Positions 11,044 through 21,987 of a stretch of DNA of 64,000 bases are shown here, piece after piece. The position numbers and the translations under genes are program-made. The notes below the pieces were generated by a model, which saw only the letters and a program-made list of their open reading frames with translations, was not told the DNA's origin and made no database searches. The number at the start of each line of letters is the position of its first letter. The first letter of the stretch is position 1. Source of the DNA: Blastocatellia bacterium (GTDB lineage: Bacteria > Acidobacteriota > Blastocatellia > UBA7656); the NCBI GenBank assembly GCA_963765495.1, contig CAVXWP010000002.1, positions 320,001 through 384,000 of the forward strand, given 5' to 3'.

Positions 11044-11178
11044 TTACCTGAGGGCGACGAACAGGAAAAGAATAACAACTCTCTAGAGCCGAGCAATTTT
11101 CTGCCCGAGGAAAATATATCTCGCAGGTTATTGGATGCCGCATCTTGGTGCGCTATAATTTCCCACCGAGGTAGCACA

Positions 11179-12498
11179 ATGATAATCAAGAGAGTTCTCA
11201 CCGCCTGTTCGATTACAACTGCAACCATAATTTTGATGACGTGTATTTCTGCACTTCCCTGCTTTGGGCAGGACCCGTCGGGCAGGCCCAAAGAAATTGT
11301 AGAGCCAAAATCCAACAAGAAACCTAGCACAAGAAAGCCATCGGGTCCGCCCGAGCCCACGCCGCTGACGATAATGCTGACCGTATTGACCGACCAGCCC
11401 GAAAGCACAGTCTTGATAAACGGCGAGAGGCGAGGGGTGACAGACGCGGAAGGCAAGGCGCGCTTTGAAAAGCTGCCTCCCGGCAGATGCACTGTCGAGG
11501 TGCGAAAAGAAGGCTTTAAGCCTATTTCTCGAATATTCGTTGCCGGATCGGATCTGCCTACGCTGGTCTTCAAGCTTGAGCCGAGCCTGGATGATGTAGT
11601 GGCAAAATTTGATTCTCTCATCTCCGAAGGTAAATTTGCCGGCCCCGAAAGCCCAAACGCATTCGAGGTATTGAAGGAGGTCGCAGCCGCAAACCCGAAC
11701 CTGCCCGAAGTGGTTCGAATGCGAGCCACGCTCATAACAAAGGTGACAGAACAGTCGGGCGCAACTATAACGCGGTCGGTTTCGAAGTGGAATCAAGTGA
11801 CGCGCGAGGAGTTGGAGCACTCGCGTAACGCGGTTACGGCCGGGCTTGAGTTGAAAGAGAAAGACTACAACCTACAGGCTCAAGAGGCATATCTGGACGG
11901 GACGCTTGCTCTGCGCGACTGGATGACATCAAACGCAAACAACGCCAATGGGCTCAAGGAGGCATTGAAAGGGTTTGAGGAAGCGCTCAAATACGATCAA
12001 TTCATGGGCGCGGCCCGGTATCAGCAGGGAGTAGCCCGGATGAGGGCTGGAGATTTGAGCGCAGCCGTGCAGGCATTCGACCTCGCAACGCAGATAGAGC
12101 CTAAATGGGCGTATGGTTATGCCGGGTTGGGCGCGGCCCGGTTAGCTCAGGAAAAATATAAAGACGCCGTTGAGGCCTTTGAAAAGGCGATCAAGCTTGA
12201 TTCGGAATACGCTCCGGCATACGCGGGTCTGGGTCAGGCTGAAACCTTATCGAATCAGAAAAACGGGTCAAAGTCTGGAATGAAAAATATAGAAAAGGCG
12301 ATGGAGTTGGACCCGACAAGCGGCCTCTCTCACCTGAGCCTCGGCATCATAAATGCGAAAACCAAAAAGGCCGGAGATCGAGACGAAGCGGTTAAAGAAT
12401 TAAAGCTGGCGATAGAAAAAAACAGAGACAACCTTGAATTTCAAAATAGCAAGGTGGAGGAACTGATAGCCGACCTCGAAGGCTCCAAAAAGAAATGA
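11179..12498 (+). CDS. Secreted PEGA-like + TPR repeat protein
   Basis: Signal peptide MIIKRVL..., beta-sandwich segment (VLINGERRGVT..LPPG..VRKEGF) and C-terminal TPRs. GAGGT RBS with TTGGAT-17-TATAAT upstream. Confidence 0.75.
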   Translation: MIIKRVLTACSITTATIILMTCISALPCFGQDPSGRPKEIVEPKSNKKPSTRKPSGPPEPTPLTIMLTVLTDQPESTVLINGERRGVTDAEGKARFEKLPPGRCTVEVRKEGFKPISRIFVAGSDLPTLVFKLEPSLDDVVAKFDSLISEGKFAGPESPNAFEVLKEVAAANPNLPEVVRMRATLITKVTEQSGATITRSVSKWNQVTREELEHSRNAVTAGLELKEKDYNLQAQEAYLDGTLALRDWMTSNANNANGLKEALKGFEEALKYDQFMGAARYQQGVARMRAGDLSAAVQAFDLATQIEPKWAYGYAGLGAARLAQEKYKDAVEAFEKAIKLDSEYAPAYAGLGQAETLSNQKNGSKSGMKNIEKAMELDPTSGLSHLSLGIINAKTKKAGDRDEAVKELKLAIEKNRDNLEFQNSKVEELIADLEGSKKK

Positions 12499-12620
12499 CG
12501 TGATGGTCCGTTATTCGTCGTCTGTTGCCTGTCACCCGTCACACTTGCGTATCATCACGCAATCAAATCTTCAGCATAATCTTTTGAGCCGGGAAAACGA
12601 CGGTCGACGGACAAAATTTA

Positions 12621-13466
12621 TTAATTCAATCTTGCCAGGCTCTGTCGAATCGTAGTGATCTGCTTTTTGATATCGTCGCTATCGGCGGCATCAGGCGCAA
12701 GCAGAAGGTAACGCTCAAGCTCGGCGAGCGCCTCTGTCTGACGGTCGAGTGCCGCGAGCAACAATCCGGCGTCACGCACATGTGGAGGAGAGTCGGGGTG
12801 GATCAACAGTATGCGTTCGATTGCCGCAAGCGAGCGGGAATAGTCGCCGCTCCCGGCATAGATCGCAAGCAGATTTGAAAGCATTCGCAGCAATATCTGC
12901 CGGTTAGTGCTCGCAAGCAAATATTCCGGCTGAAGACTGAGTCTCCCTCCGCTTATCTCATCGAGCATCTCATTGATGCTGGCCTCGCCCAGTATCCGCC
13001 CTTCGTTGAACGGGTCTATAAATATCTCTTCTTTGTCCGATAGGTGCTTAGCTATGAAGTGCCGCGGCAGTCCTACGCCGTAGACCGCAAAGCCTATGCG
13101 GCGGGCAACCTCTATATAAACGATGGCGAGCGTGATCGGGATGCCAGTGCGACGATCTATGACCTGGTTGAGGAAGCTATTGCGAGGATCATAATAGTTT
13201 TCGTGATTGCCCCGAAAGCCGAGCGTGTCATACAGGGTCGAGTTGATTGCCGAAATCATATCGATTGCGTTTTGCGCACCGACCGCTCGTTCTCTGGCCA
13301 TATCGCCCAGGAGGTCGAGTTTCTGCAAATAATGGGCAATATCGAGCCGAGCATACTCTTCGGCTGCTATTAGCAAGGCCGCTTCGGCAAGGTTTATCTG
13401 CTCGTCAGGGAGCGAGATTATCCGGGCAAATCGGCTCCGGGAATCATCATTGACAATTTCCGACAC
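12621..13466 (-). CDS. SirB1/transglutaminase-like (Transglut_core2) protein with C-terminal TPR
   Basis: GFRGNHENYYDPRNSFLNQVIDRRTGIPITL, GVGLPRHF and IDPFNEG motifs. GTG start is inferred. Confidence 0.88.
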   Translation of the reverse strand: MSEIVNDDSRSRFARIISLPDEQINLAEAALLIAAEEYARLDIAHYLQKLDLLGDMARERAVGAQNAIDMISAINSTLYDTLGFRGNHENYYDPRNSFLNQVIDRRTGIPITLAIVYIEVARRIGFAVYGVGLPRHFIAKHLSDKEEIFIDPFNEGRILGEASINEMLDEISGGRLSLQPEYLLASTNRQILLRMLSNLLAIYAGSGDYSRSLAAIERILLIHPDSPPHVRDAGLLLAALDRQTEALAELERYLLLAPDAADSDDIKKQITTIRQSLARLN

Positions 13467-13612
13467 TGTTGATTCTTCTCTATTCCTGCAAAGATAGACA
13501 ACAAGCGGGCAGGCAATCGAGCACAAACATCAAGGGCTGAAGCGTAAACTCCAGCCCTTGAATATAGCACAAACTCTTAAAACTTTAAGCCTGAGGCCGG
13601 CAGCAGATCAAT

Positions 13613-14572
13613 TTAAGGTTTGCCGTTTGCCCCAAAGTGGTTCCACAGAAATCCGTAGGAGTGGTCGGCAACCGAGATCATATACTCCCAGCCGTGATTG
13701 CCGGGAAACATGTGATACTCGTGCTCAATGCCCGCTTTTGTGAGCCGTTCATTTAGAGATTTATTGCTGCCCTGAAAACCGTAGCGGTCCTGCTCGCCCA
13801 CATCGAAATAAATCTTCAGACCGGATTTCTTTATGGCAGCCGCGTTTGTTTCTGCAAGAAACAGAGGATTGTTAGCCTTAAAGAAAGTTTCGTCAGGTGG
13901 GTCGCCAAAGAGGTTTCCGATTATGCGGCTCAAAAACATCGAGCGGCGGTCGCTGCCTGTGGCATCGGGGAGTTCGGCAAAAAGCGCGGCGCTGTGCGCT
14001 GTGACCGACGAGAACATATCCGGGTGTTTGAAGGCGAGCAACAGCGCCCCCCATCCGCCCATCGAGATTCCCTGTATCGCCCGGCCCTCGGTCTTCCCCA
14101 CGGCGCGGTACGTCTTTTCGATATATGGAATCAGGTCTTTGATTATGGCGTCTTCATACTTGTCGCCGTTTTTGGAATTCAGGTAGAAGCTGTTCTGACC
14201 ATCGGGCGCGACGATAATAAATTCGCCCGCCTTTCCCTGCTGGCGCAGATTGTCTACGGCGGCGGCCACGCCCCGGCGTTCGAATTCGCCCTCGTTGCCG
14301 TTCATACCGTGGAGAAAATAGAGTACGGGAAAGCGCCGTTTAGCATCCCGGTCATAAGAGGGCGGCAACTGTATCGCAAATTTCAAATCGCGCCCGAGCG
14401 AAGCCGATTTCAGAGACCCGTATTCGACGCGACTCTTTGAGGCCGCAGTGGATGCGGCCTCGGACTGGGACGCGGATGGAGTCTGACATGAAGCGCTGAA
14501 GGCGGTCGCGCTAGCGAGCAAGGCGACCACCACTGCAAATGTAAAAAATTGTAATTTTCTATTCATATTCAT
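13613..14572 (-). CDS. Secreted esterase (PF00756-type alpha/beta hydrolase)
   Basis: Signal peptide, PVLYFLHG, GISMGG nucleophile elbow and GNHGW. Confidence 0.88.
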   Translation of the reverse strand: MNMNRKLQFFTFAVVVALLASATAFSASCQTPSASQSEAASTAASKSRVEYGSLKSASLGRDLKFAIQLPPSYDRDAKRRFPVLYFLHGMNGNEGEFERRGVAAAVDNLRQQGKAGEFIIVAPDGQNSFYLNSKNGDKYEDAIIKDLIPYIEKTYRAVGKTEGRAIQGISMGGWGALLLAFKHPDMFSSVTAHSAALFAELPDATGSDRRSMFLSRIIGNLFGDPPDETFFKANNPLFLAETNAAAIKKSGLKIYFDVGEQDRYGFQGSNKSLNERLTKAGIEHEYHMFPGNHGWEYMISVADHSYGFLWNHFGANGKP

Positions 14573-15003
14573 TTTTTGACTGCGAATCGAGGTCCATCGC
14601 TTGGGAAATGATTGAGGTCAAGATTGCCCGCGGCTATATCGGTCAGGTCAATAATTGCAGCGGCATTGATGGCGGCTGCAATGGAAAGCGTCTCGCTGAT
14701 CTCTTCTCTTGTCGCGCCCGCTTCCAGCGCCTTCTTGAGATGCCCTTCGATGCAGCCCTGGCACTTGGCAACGAGTGAAGCGGCTATCGAAATCAATTCC
14801 TGAGTTTTTGTATCGATGTGTTTGGCTTCCGAATAATAGATTTCCCTGTAAAATTCCCCGTAAATACGGCGCATTTTGGGTTCCATCATCGAGTAGGATC
14901 GAGGCTTTCCATCGCTGCGCTGAGTGTTCGGTTCTGTTGTCTGCTTCTCCGAATCAGGTTCGGTTTGCCTGGTCTCTGCTTGAGGTGCCATCTTACTATC
15001 CAT
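14569..15003 (-). CDS. Carboxymuconolactone decarboxylase/AhpD-like protein
   Basis: KTQELISIAASLVAKCQGCIEGH..AGATREEI. Its stop overlaps the esterase start (ATGA). Confidence 0.85.
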   Translation of the reverse strand: MDSKMAPQAETRQTEPDSEKQTTEPNTQRSDGKPRSYSMMEPKMRRIYGEFYREIYYSEAKHIDTKTQELISIAASLVAKCQGCIEGHLKKALEAGATREEISETLSIAAAINAAAIIDLTDIAAGNLDLNHFPSDGPRFAVKK

Positions 15004-15219
15004 CTGCTAGTCTCCTTAAGAAAAGATTGGTTCGGCGAAGCGCTTCAGCTTTTTGAAACACTGTCGGCCGGCAAGGCTCAACCACCATATACGCGCCCAG
15101 CGCGCCATCGTTCACTGCAAATTGTGATCATTTTTGCCATTGCATCGGTCTTTAGTGTTCTAACACAGTGACATCTACATTTCAACTTTCGTGATTGAGA
15201 CGAGTGAGCAAGGAGGGGG

Positions 15220-15257
15220 CATCTGAGATGTCAGATTTGAGATTTGAAATCTCAGAC
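15220..15257. repeat. Short GATTTGA heptamer hairpin element
   Basis: ATCTGAGATGTCAGATTTGAGATTTGAAATCTCAGA; related to 58056-58084. Confidence 0.55.
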
Positions 15258-15315
15258 GAGCGCAAGTGATAGAGATGCATCTTCAGCATGCTGAATCGCA
15301 AAAGAGATGATTTCT

Positions 15316-16704
15316 CTATTGCCTCAGATAATCGCTTGCGGCTCTTGCGGGCCTGTTACTGTCGGGGGCTAGCCGCGCCGCCCGAATCCTCCGGGCTTCG
15401 TCAATGGCTCGGCGAGGCATTACCCTTCCCCACCCCTGACGGTCAACCTCTACATGAGGCAGACGCGAGGCGGTTCTGATGAGCGCGCTCTTCACTTCGT
15501 GAGGCCGCAGGTCGGGAATCGCTTCAAGCATCTGCGCTGCTATTGAAGAGACTATGGGCGCGGCAAAGCTAGTGCCGTCTACGTGTTTATAATAGCCGCT
15601 TATGACGTTGTTGTCGCGCACCTTGATCCATACGAGATGACGCAGATGGTAACCGGCCAGGTCAGCCGCCTGGTCCAGGTCCTCATCAACCCCCGGATGC
15701 TGTTTTATTATCTCGCCTAGTTCGGCGTCCTTAGCCGCTTCCAGACGGGCGAGCAATTCGGCCTGTTCGTGTGTGGGCGTGCCCGGCAGTATGGGGGCCG
15801 CCAGCCATATGCCGGGCGCTATCAGTTCGGGCTTTTGCAATCCGTCAATCGTCGGCCCGTAGCTCGACCTGTAGATGTCGTGTTCGTGTATCTCGAAATT
15901 ATTCTTGTCATCCAATCCGCCTACGGCGATTACCGAAGGAGCAGAGGCCGGGGGATAGACGGGATGGTTGGGCATATGCCCGGAATTCCCCGATGCCGCG
16001 ACGACTATAAGCCCCGCTCGCGTGGCTTCTTCGGCCGTCTGCGAAAGCTCATCTTCCAGATAGCTGGCCTCGTAATCTCCTCCACACGAGATGTTGACGA
16101 TGCGGATGTTGTAGCGCTCGTGGTTGCGAATCACCCATTTGAGCCCGGCCGTTATGTCGCCATGCCGAATCCGCGAAGACTCGCCCACTTTGAGTAGCAC
16201 CAGATTCGCTTCCGATGCGATACCCCGATAGAGCCCCTTTGAAAGATGTCCGTTCCCGCAGGCGACAACCGATGTCATCATCCCGTGCCAGGACGATACC
16301 TTTGGAGTCTTCAAATCCGAAAGCTTCGTTCGCCCTACCATGTTCACATACTTGAGTATGCGATTTTCAGGTTCGGTCAAATCAGGATGAGCGTAAAAGC
16401 CCGCGTCCAGAAACGCGATCGTGACACCGCGCCCACGATATTCATCCGGCGCGTCGAGGCGCATAGGCGTGGGCAACACCTTCAATTCCTGCCCTGCATA
16501 ATCCGGGAAAGCCGATGCCAGTTGATCGCGCACGCGGATAAATCGCGGCAGGCACTCTTTGCATATATCTTTTCCCGGCTCCCAGCCGTGTGTGTGAACC
16601 GTCAGGAGAGGTTTTATCGAATCATCAATCTCTTCGGGCAGGGCAATATAATCCTGCTCGAAATCTCGAAGGCAAACTGCACAGGGGATGCGTTGTGTTT
16701 CCAT
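15316..16704 (-). CDS. S8 subtilisin-like serine protease (AprX-like, no signal peptide)
   Basis: Catalytic D (FLDAG), H (WHGMMT) and S (GTSFAAP); oxyanion N (ASGN). Confidence 0.92.
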   Translation of the reverse strand: METQRIPCAVCLRDFEQDYIALPEEIDDSIKPLLTVHTHGWEPGKDICKECLPRFIRVRDQLASAFPDYAGQELKVLPTPMRLDAPDEYRGRGVTIAFLDAGFYAHPDLTEPENRILKYVNMVGRTKLSDLKTPKVSSWHGMMTSVVACGNGHLSKGLYRGIASEANLVLLKVGESSRIRHGDITAGLKWVIRNHERYNIRIVNISCGGDYEASYLEDELSQTAEEATRAGLIVVAASGNSGHMPNHPVYPPASAPSVIAVGGLDDKNNFEIHEHDIYRSSYGPTIDGLQKPELIAPGIWLAAPILPGTPTHEQAELLARLEAAKDAELGEIIKQHPGVDEDLDQAADLAGYHLRHLVWIKVRDNNVISGYYKHVDGTSFAAPIVSSIAAQMLEAIPDLRPHEVKSALIRTASRLPHVEVDRQGWGRVMPRRAIDEARRIRAARLAPDSNRPARAASDYLRQ

Positions 16705-16816
16705 CTGATCGTGATTATATAGTCAAACGCCCGCCTGTTGAAGAGAGAAAGGCAGTTCCCTTCTCATTCTTTTTTCTTGCGTGCTATCATGTAGACGGTT
16801 AAACCATGAGTCAGTT

Positions 16817-17626
16817 ATGAGCAAGGAAAAAGAATTAGCGTATCGTTACGATCTGTTTATCACGCCCGGCTGGCGCGACAGATTCGATACTCTGGTAAAT
16901 GAAAAAGGCAAGTTACCGAAAACAGGCCGCCTGCTTGATATCAACACGGGCACGGGCGCGCACGCCATCGAGATCGCGCAGCACTTACAGGGGAAAGGCG
17001 AGGTCATAGGCATTGACCCCGACGCGGAGCGAATCGAAATCGCGCGTGCCAAAAAGCTGGCCAAAAAGCTCGACAATGTCATCTTCGAACAAGGTAGTAC
17101 ATCTTTTCTTCAGTACCCCGATGATGAATTCGACACCGTTCTGGGAGACGCTTCACTGCTTCCTACAGAAGAGATCGAAGACCTGCTTGAAGAGATGGTC
17201 AGGGTCGCGCAGCCCGGCGCTCGCGTAGTGTTAAAGCTGGTCACTCGCGGCAGTTTCGGCGAATTTTTCTCGATCTACTGGGAAGCGCTGCACAAGGCCG
17301 AACTGGACGAGGAAGTGTGGGGCGAACTCGAATCCCTCATCAACGACCGCCTGACGGTTTCCGATGCGGAGCTTATGGCCGAACGAGCGGGGCTGGATCA
17401 GATAGAGAGTTTTACGAGCAAGGAAGAGTTCCTATTTGAAACCGGCGAAGAGTTTATAAACTCACCTTTGATCGAAGACACATTCCTCGATGAATGGCTT
17501 TCGATAGTGCCGGAAGACGCCCGCGATGAAGTGCGCTCACAAATAGTTTCGCTTATCGAGCGCGAGCGTCACAACGCGCCATTCGACATCTCGATAAAAG
17601 CTACGCTGGTCTGGGGCATAAAATAA
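16817..17626 (+). CDS. Class I SAM-dependent methyltransferase-like protein
   Basis: LLDINTGTG motif I, VIGID, FDTV and RVAQPGA. Confidence 0.8.
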   Translation: MSKEKELAYRYDLFITPGWRDRFDTLVNEKGKLPKTGRLLDINTGTGAHAIEIAQHLQGKGEVIGIDPDAERIEIARAKKLAKKLDNVIFEQGSTSFLQYPDDEFDTVLGDASLLPTEEIEDLLEEMVRVAQPGARVVLKLVTRGSFGEFFSIYWEALHKAELDEEVWGELESLINDRLTVSDAELMAERAGLDQIESFTSKEEFLFETGEEFINSPLIEDTFLDEWLSIVPEDARDEVRSQIVSLIERERHNAPFDISIKATLVWGIK

Positions 17627-17642
17627 GCGTGTCAGGCAATGG

Positions 17643-18080
17643 TTAACCTAAGAACGGAACACCCATCTTGGCAAAATAGACCAGATAACAGAACTGGGCC
17701 ACAAGTCCGAGCGCGCCTATCGCCAAGGCAGCAGTAGCCGGGCCGCGCCCTTCTTCGAGCTGGTTTTTTTTGAGCGTGCTTGCTGCGCCCGCGCCCCAGA
17801 CTATGGCTATTATCGCCATCAAAATGCCCAGGACGGGGAAAAAGAAGCTCGCAAGAGCCAGCATCAATGATGAGTTTGCCCGCTCGGTCGCCTGATCCAC
17901 TTTCTGAAAATAATCTATCTGCTTCGCGACACGCTTTCGAGTCCTGGCCTTCGCCTCATCGGGCCGGGCGTCAAGTTCAGAAAAGAGCGTGCCTACCTGA
18001 TGACCACAGTGCAAACAATTGGCCAGCCCCATATCAAGCGGCAATCCGCATTCGTCACATACTTTTGTAATGGTATTCAT
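17643..18080 (-). CDS. Zinc-ribbon membrane protein (DUF4190-like)
   Basis: CDECG...CLHCG followed by two TM helices separated by GRGPATAA. Confidence 0.65.
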   Translation of the reverse strand: MNTITKVCDECGLPLDMGLANCLHCGHQVGTLFSELDARPDEAKARTRKRVAKQIDYFQKVDQATERANSSLMLALASFFFPVLGILMAIIAIVWGAGAASTLKKNQLEEGRGPATAALAIGALGLVAQFCYLVYFAKMGVPFLG

Positions 18081-18206
18081 ATCAATCTCGGCGGGAGCGG
18101 CTATCTTGGAGGCTTCACTGTCTTTTAACACACCTCTGGATTGCCTTCAAGATTTGATTTTAAAAGGGCAGGAAATGGTTCTTTTTTTGAGAGGGTCAAA
18201 AAGTAT

Positions 18207-18962
18207 TCATCCGCTACTAAGGCGGCGGGCAATCAGGCTGTAAACAGATGCATTGAAGACCAGCCCGATATGCGTTCCCGGAACTTCAAAATCTGTCTCC
18301 GTCTCATCGTTGATGCAAAAACGCCAATCCACTACGCCGTCTGTCCTTGTGTAAACGGCGGTTTGGCGAATCGATTCCGGGAAAGGCACTTCAAGAGCCG
18401 ACACGGCATCGCATCCGCAATGGCCGGTGTAACAACCGGGCGGTGTGTTATCCGGGCGTGTGCGCTTTATGCGGGCGCGCACCACTTTCGACATTTCAAG
18501 TACTGCCGGGTGTGAACGTATGCCGCGAAAGGGCGACCCCAGCGTTATCACCGATTGGACGCGTTCGGGAAAAAGCATTGCGGCAGATCGAGCCAGTATC
18601 CCGCCCAGGCTGTGGCCTATCAAATGCACCCTGCCACCCGTTTCTACAGTGGCTTTTTCAATCGTCTCCGAGAGACGATCTACCAGCAAATCCAGGCAAT
18701 CGGCGTTGCGGCCTATGCGCGACATATAAGGGCGATAACCTATGCGCCGGAGCCACCAGAAAAGCTCTTGAAGGTAAAGATCGGTTCCCATAAATCCCGG
18801 GATGACTACGACAGCCGAGCGGTCCCCGCGCGGCACTCCAAGCCCGTAAAAGACGGGCGAAGACCTGAGCGCCAGCCAGTCAAACCCGACAAGGCTTTCC
18901 ATCCACAGAGGTCGTTTTGCAGGTTTCAGGTCTTTGTAGAAAGTCTTCGGAGGTGCGGGCAT
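18207..18962 (-). CDS. Alpha/beta hydrolase (lipase/esterase)
   Basis: VVVIPGF, GHSLGG, ITLGSP, DGVV and THIGL. Confidence 0.9.
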   Translation of the reverse strand: MPAPPKTFYKDLKPAKRPLWMESLVGFDWLALRSSPVFYGLGVPRGDRSAVVVIPGFMGTDLYLQELFWWLRRIGYRPYMSRIGRNADCLDLLVDRLSETIEKATVETGGRVHLIGHSLGGILARSAAMLFPERVQSVITLGSPFRGIRSHPAVLEMSKVVRARIKRTRPDNTPPGCYTGHCGCDAVSALEVPFPESIRQTAVYTRTDGVVDWRFCINDETETDFEVPGTHIGLVFNASVYSLIARRLSSG

Positions 18963-19033
18963 TCTTTATCCTCAAGTGTCAAATTTGATCCCAGAACCTC
19001 ACGCTCAGAATTTCACGCTTCGGCCTGCGCGCC

Positions 19034-20482
19034 TTACCGCCCTGCCCTTGCCTGCTTCACAATCCGGGGCTTGATCTCAGGCACTCCGGCCTTCTCGCGC
19101 AACTCAACGAAAGAGGCGTCCAAAAATTCCTTGAGCCGCTCTACATCCGGCATCGCCTGCGTGTCGGATGACAAGCCGAAATAGAGTTTCTGGTCATAGC
19201 TCATAATAGCGCAACCGACGCCTATCGCATAGCCTACGGGGACATAAGGATAATATGCGATCATGCGTTTGCCCATAGCATAGAGCGGGACTTGCGGGCC
19301 GGGTACGTTTGTCGAAACCATATTGAAGGGCGGAATCGGGGTGGTTGCAAGCGCCCCCAACAGCGCCTGTACAGAAGCGGGAAGAATGCCCATCAGTGTT
19401 GTGCCGAGATTCATTCCTTCGGCCACCCGCGTCGCCTTCATCGATCCTGTCTTTTCGTTTATATACCGAAATCGCTTGAGCGGGTCTTTCATGCTCAGAG
19501 GGATTTCGACCGGCAGCATCGAGACGAGATTTCCGAGCGCGCCGCGTTTCTCTTCCTGACGCATGCTGACCGGGACCATCACTCGCAGGTTGCGCCCTCT
19601 CGTCCTCTGGCCGTGCATCTCTACATATCGAGATACCGCGCCCGAAAGCACGGTTAAAACAACATCGTTGACCGTGCCGCCCAGGGCTGCGCGTATGGCT
19701 CTCGCTTCGGCAAATGAGAACTCGCTCCAGACAAGCTTTTTCTCGCCCGAACATGGGCGATTGAATGGAAGCAGCGAAACCGGAGATGAAACGGTCGGAA
19801 GCAGATTTGTGAGCGACCCCATCGACCCGCCTGACGGCCGCTTTGCCATAGCCTGAGTCAGACTCAGCAACCCGTTTTGAAATTCCATCCAGCGATTCAT
19901 CCCCTCCTGCATACCGCCCAGCAACGAATCGAAAAACCTTCTCGTAGGATCGGGCCGAGGCAGCGGCGGTATGGATTCGGGCTTAACAGGGGGCTGTGCT
20001 TTGGGCGAAATATCGAGCACGACTTTCAAAAGATCAACGCCCGAGACTCCATCCACCATGCAATGATGAACTCTTGCGATCATCGCCGTGCGATTGCCTT
20101 CCAGACCATAGACCAGATAGATGTCCCATAGCGGTTTGCCGCGACCCATCATCGGAGTGAGTATCTTTCCGGCAAGCTCTATCAGTTGCTCTTCGGTGCC
20201 GGGCGATTCGATCTGCATCTTGAAGATGTGGCGATTGATGTCGAATTCGGTATCGAATTCCCACGTGGGATGGGCCAGATTGAAAGGGTCGGGAACGATC
20301 TTTTGCTGATAGCGCGGGATCATGTGAAGTTTCGAAGCGACCATCTTCACAAAACGGTCGAAAGAGATTTTACCGTCGAAGACGCTCACGCTGCCTATGT
20401 GCATAGGCGCTTCCTTCTTCTCGAAATAGAGGAAGCTCGCATCCATCGAGGTAAGGCGGCGATTGAGATTGCTCTGTACCAT
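19034..20482 (-). CDS. Wax ester synthase/diacylglycerol acyltransferase (WS/DGAT)
   Basis: [21 protein letters not shown], catalytic HHCMVDG, GTVNDV and STNVPGP. Confidence 0.95.
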   Translation of the reverse strand: MVQSNLNRRLTSMDASFLYFEKKEAPMHIGSVSVFDGKISFDRFVKMVASKLHMIPRYQQKIVPDPFNLAHPTWEFDTEFDINRHIFKMQIESPGTEEQLIELAGKILTPMMGRGKPLWDIYLVYGLEGNRTAMIARVHHCMVDGVSGVDLLKVVLDISPKAQPPVKPESIPPLPRPDPTRRFFDSLLGGMQEGMNRWMEFQNGLLSLTQAMAKRPSGGSMGSLTNLLPTVSSPVSLLPFNRPCSGEKKLVWSEFSFAEARAIRAALGGTVNDVVLTVLSGAVSRYVEMHGQRTRGRNLRVMVPVSMRQEEKRGALGNLVSMLPVEIPLSMKDPLKRFRYINEKTGSMKATRVAEGMNLGTTLMGILPASVQALLGALATTPIPPFNMVSTNVPGPQVPLYAMGKRMIAYYPYVPVGYAIGVGCAIMSYDQKLYFGLSSDTQAMPDVERLKEFLDASFVELREKAGVPEIKPRIVKQARAGR

Positions 20483-20558
20483 TTAATCCTCCGGGCACCT
20501 GAGAGGCTTTCTTCGTTGACCGATTATCCGTCTCTCCGCTTGCCGATTTGCGGGGTTC

Positions 20559-21947
20559 TCACCGCTGCTCAATCGTCATTCGCATGCCGTATCTGGGGCG
20601 CAACGTTATCAGCGGTTGCATCTTTACGGGATGATTTGGAACCAGGCGCATCTTCCAGCGCTGGGCGAATGTGGCGATTATCAATATGCCCTCCATCCAG
20701 GCAAACTGCTCGCCTATACAAAGCCTCGGACCGCTGCCAAACGGGAAATAAGCGTGCTTTGGCCGCTCGGCCCTGGCCTCTGGCCTCCACCGCTCGGGAT
20801 CGAATTTAAAAGGATCAGGATAGTATCGCTCGTTGTGGTGCATCACATACTGGCTCAACAAAACTATCGAGCCTGCCGGGATCGAGTAATCGCCTACCCT
20901 GTAAGTGCTCAACGCGCGGCGGCTCATAACCCATACGGGCGGATAGCAGCGCATGGCTTCGGTCAGGACCATCTCGGTGTAAGGCAATCGGGGCACGTCA
21001 TCAACCGTAGGCAATCGGCCCGCGAGCACCCGGTCTATTTCATCGTGGAGACGGGTTTCGACATCCCTGTTTTCCGAAAGCAGATACCACGTCCAGGTCA
21101 GGGCATTGGCCGTCGTTTCGTGCCCCGCCAGAAAGAGCGTCATCGCCTCGTCGCGCAGTTGTTCGTCAGACATTCCGCCGCCATCGCCTTCGGCATCCTG
21201 CGCAAGCAGAAGCATCGAAAGCAGATCGCCCCGGTCTTCTCCGCGCGCGCGTCGCTCTTCGATGATGCGATAGATAGTCTCATCCAGCCGCGCCCGCGCT
21301 CGCTGGACTCTGCGGTTTCCCGGAAGCGGAAGCCTGTCTAGTATCTCGGTCAAAGGAGAGGTAAAAGTCTCGAACATCTCAAGCACTTCCGTGAGCGCCT
21401 GCCCGATCTCTGCGGCTTCATTCTCGACATCGGCATCAAACAGGGTCTTTGCCACAATCGCAAGCGTGAGCCGCATCATCTCAGATGCAACGTCTAGTTT
21501 CTCGCCTTCCTGCCAGCGGTCACGAGTGCGAGCGGCATACTCAGACATAGTCTCGGCATACATGGCGATGCGCTGTTTGTGAAAGGCCGGCTGCGAAAGC
21601 CTCCGCTGGCGGCGATGAAAATTCCCTTCGCTTGTCAGGAGGCCACGGCCAAGCACCTTCTTTGCCCGTTGCAGCCCGCGCCCTTTCAGAAAGTTCCAGT
21701 CGTGTGCAACCAGCACGTTTTGAATGTAATCAGGATGATTGAGCAAAACCGTGTGCTGCGGGCCGAGATTGAAATGGGCTATCTCTCCGTAATCGCGCGC
21801 CACCTTCATCAGGAAGCGGAGCGGGTCACGGGTCATCGCTACGATCTGGCCGCCGGGCGTACTGGTCTTTGGTCCCGGCGGCAGGTTGTTTTTTGCCGAG
21901 GCGACGGATTTGCTTTTGCCTGTCGATTTTTTTGTCCCTGTTCCCAT
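20559..21947 (-). CDS. Cytochrome P450
   Basis: AGHETT, EAMR (ExxR), PERW and [10 protein letters not shown] heme ligand. Confidence 0.97.
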   Translation of the reverse strand: MGTGTKKSTGKSKSVASAKNNLPPGPKTSTPGGQIVAMTRDPLRFLMKVARDYGEIAHFNLGPQHTVLLNHPDYIQNVLVAHDWNFLKGRGLQRAKKVLGRGLLTSEGNFHRRQRRLSQPAFHKQRIAMYAETMSEYAARTRDRWQEGEKLDVASEMMRLTLAIVAKTLFDADVENEAAEIGQALTEVLEMFETFTSPLTEILDRLPLPGNRRVQRARARLDETIYRIIEERRARGEDRGDLLSMLLLAQDAEGDGGGMSDEQLRDEAMTLFLAGHETTANALTWTWYLLSENRDVETRLHDEIDRVLAGRLPTVDDVPRLPYTEMVLTEAMRCYPPVWVMSRRALSTYRVGDYSIPAGSIVLLSQYVMHHNERYYPDPFKFDPERWRPEARAERPKHAYFPFGSGPRLCIGEQFAWMEGILIIATFAQRWKMRLVPNHPVKMQPLITLRPRYGMRMTIEQR

Positions 21948-21987
21948 CTCTTCACTCCCTCCTTTCTCCTGAGGTTTGGCAGCGCGC

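Noticed and set aside
12497-12562. Degenerate GTGA/TCAC repeat copy
   Set aside because: Only a partial motif (TGACAGGCAAC on the minus strand); too decayed to delimit.
18207-18962. Hydrolase as a PhaC synthase
   Set aside because: It has a Ser lipase box (GHSLG) rather than the PhaC GxCxG, and is only 251 aa.
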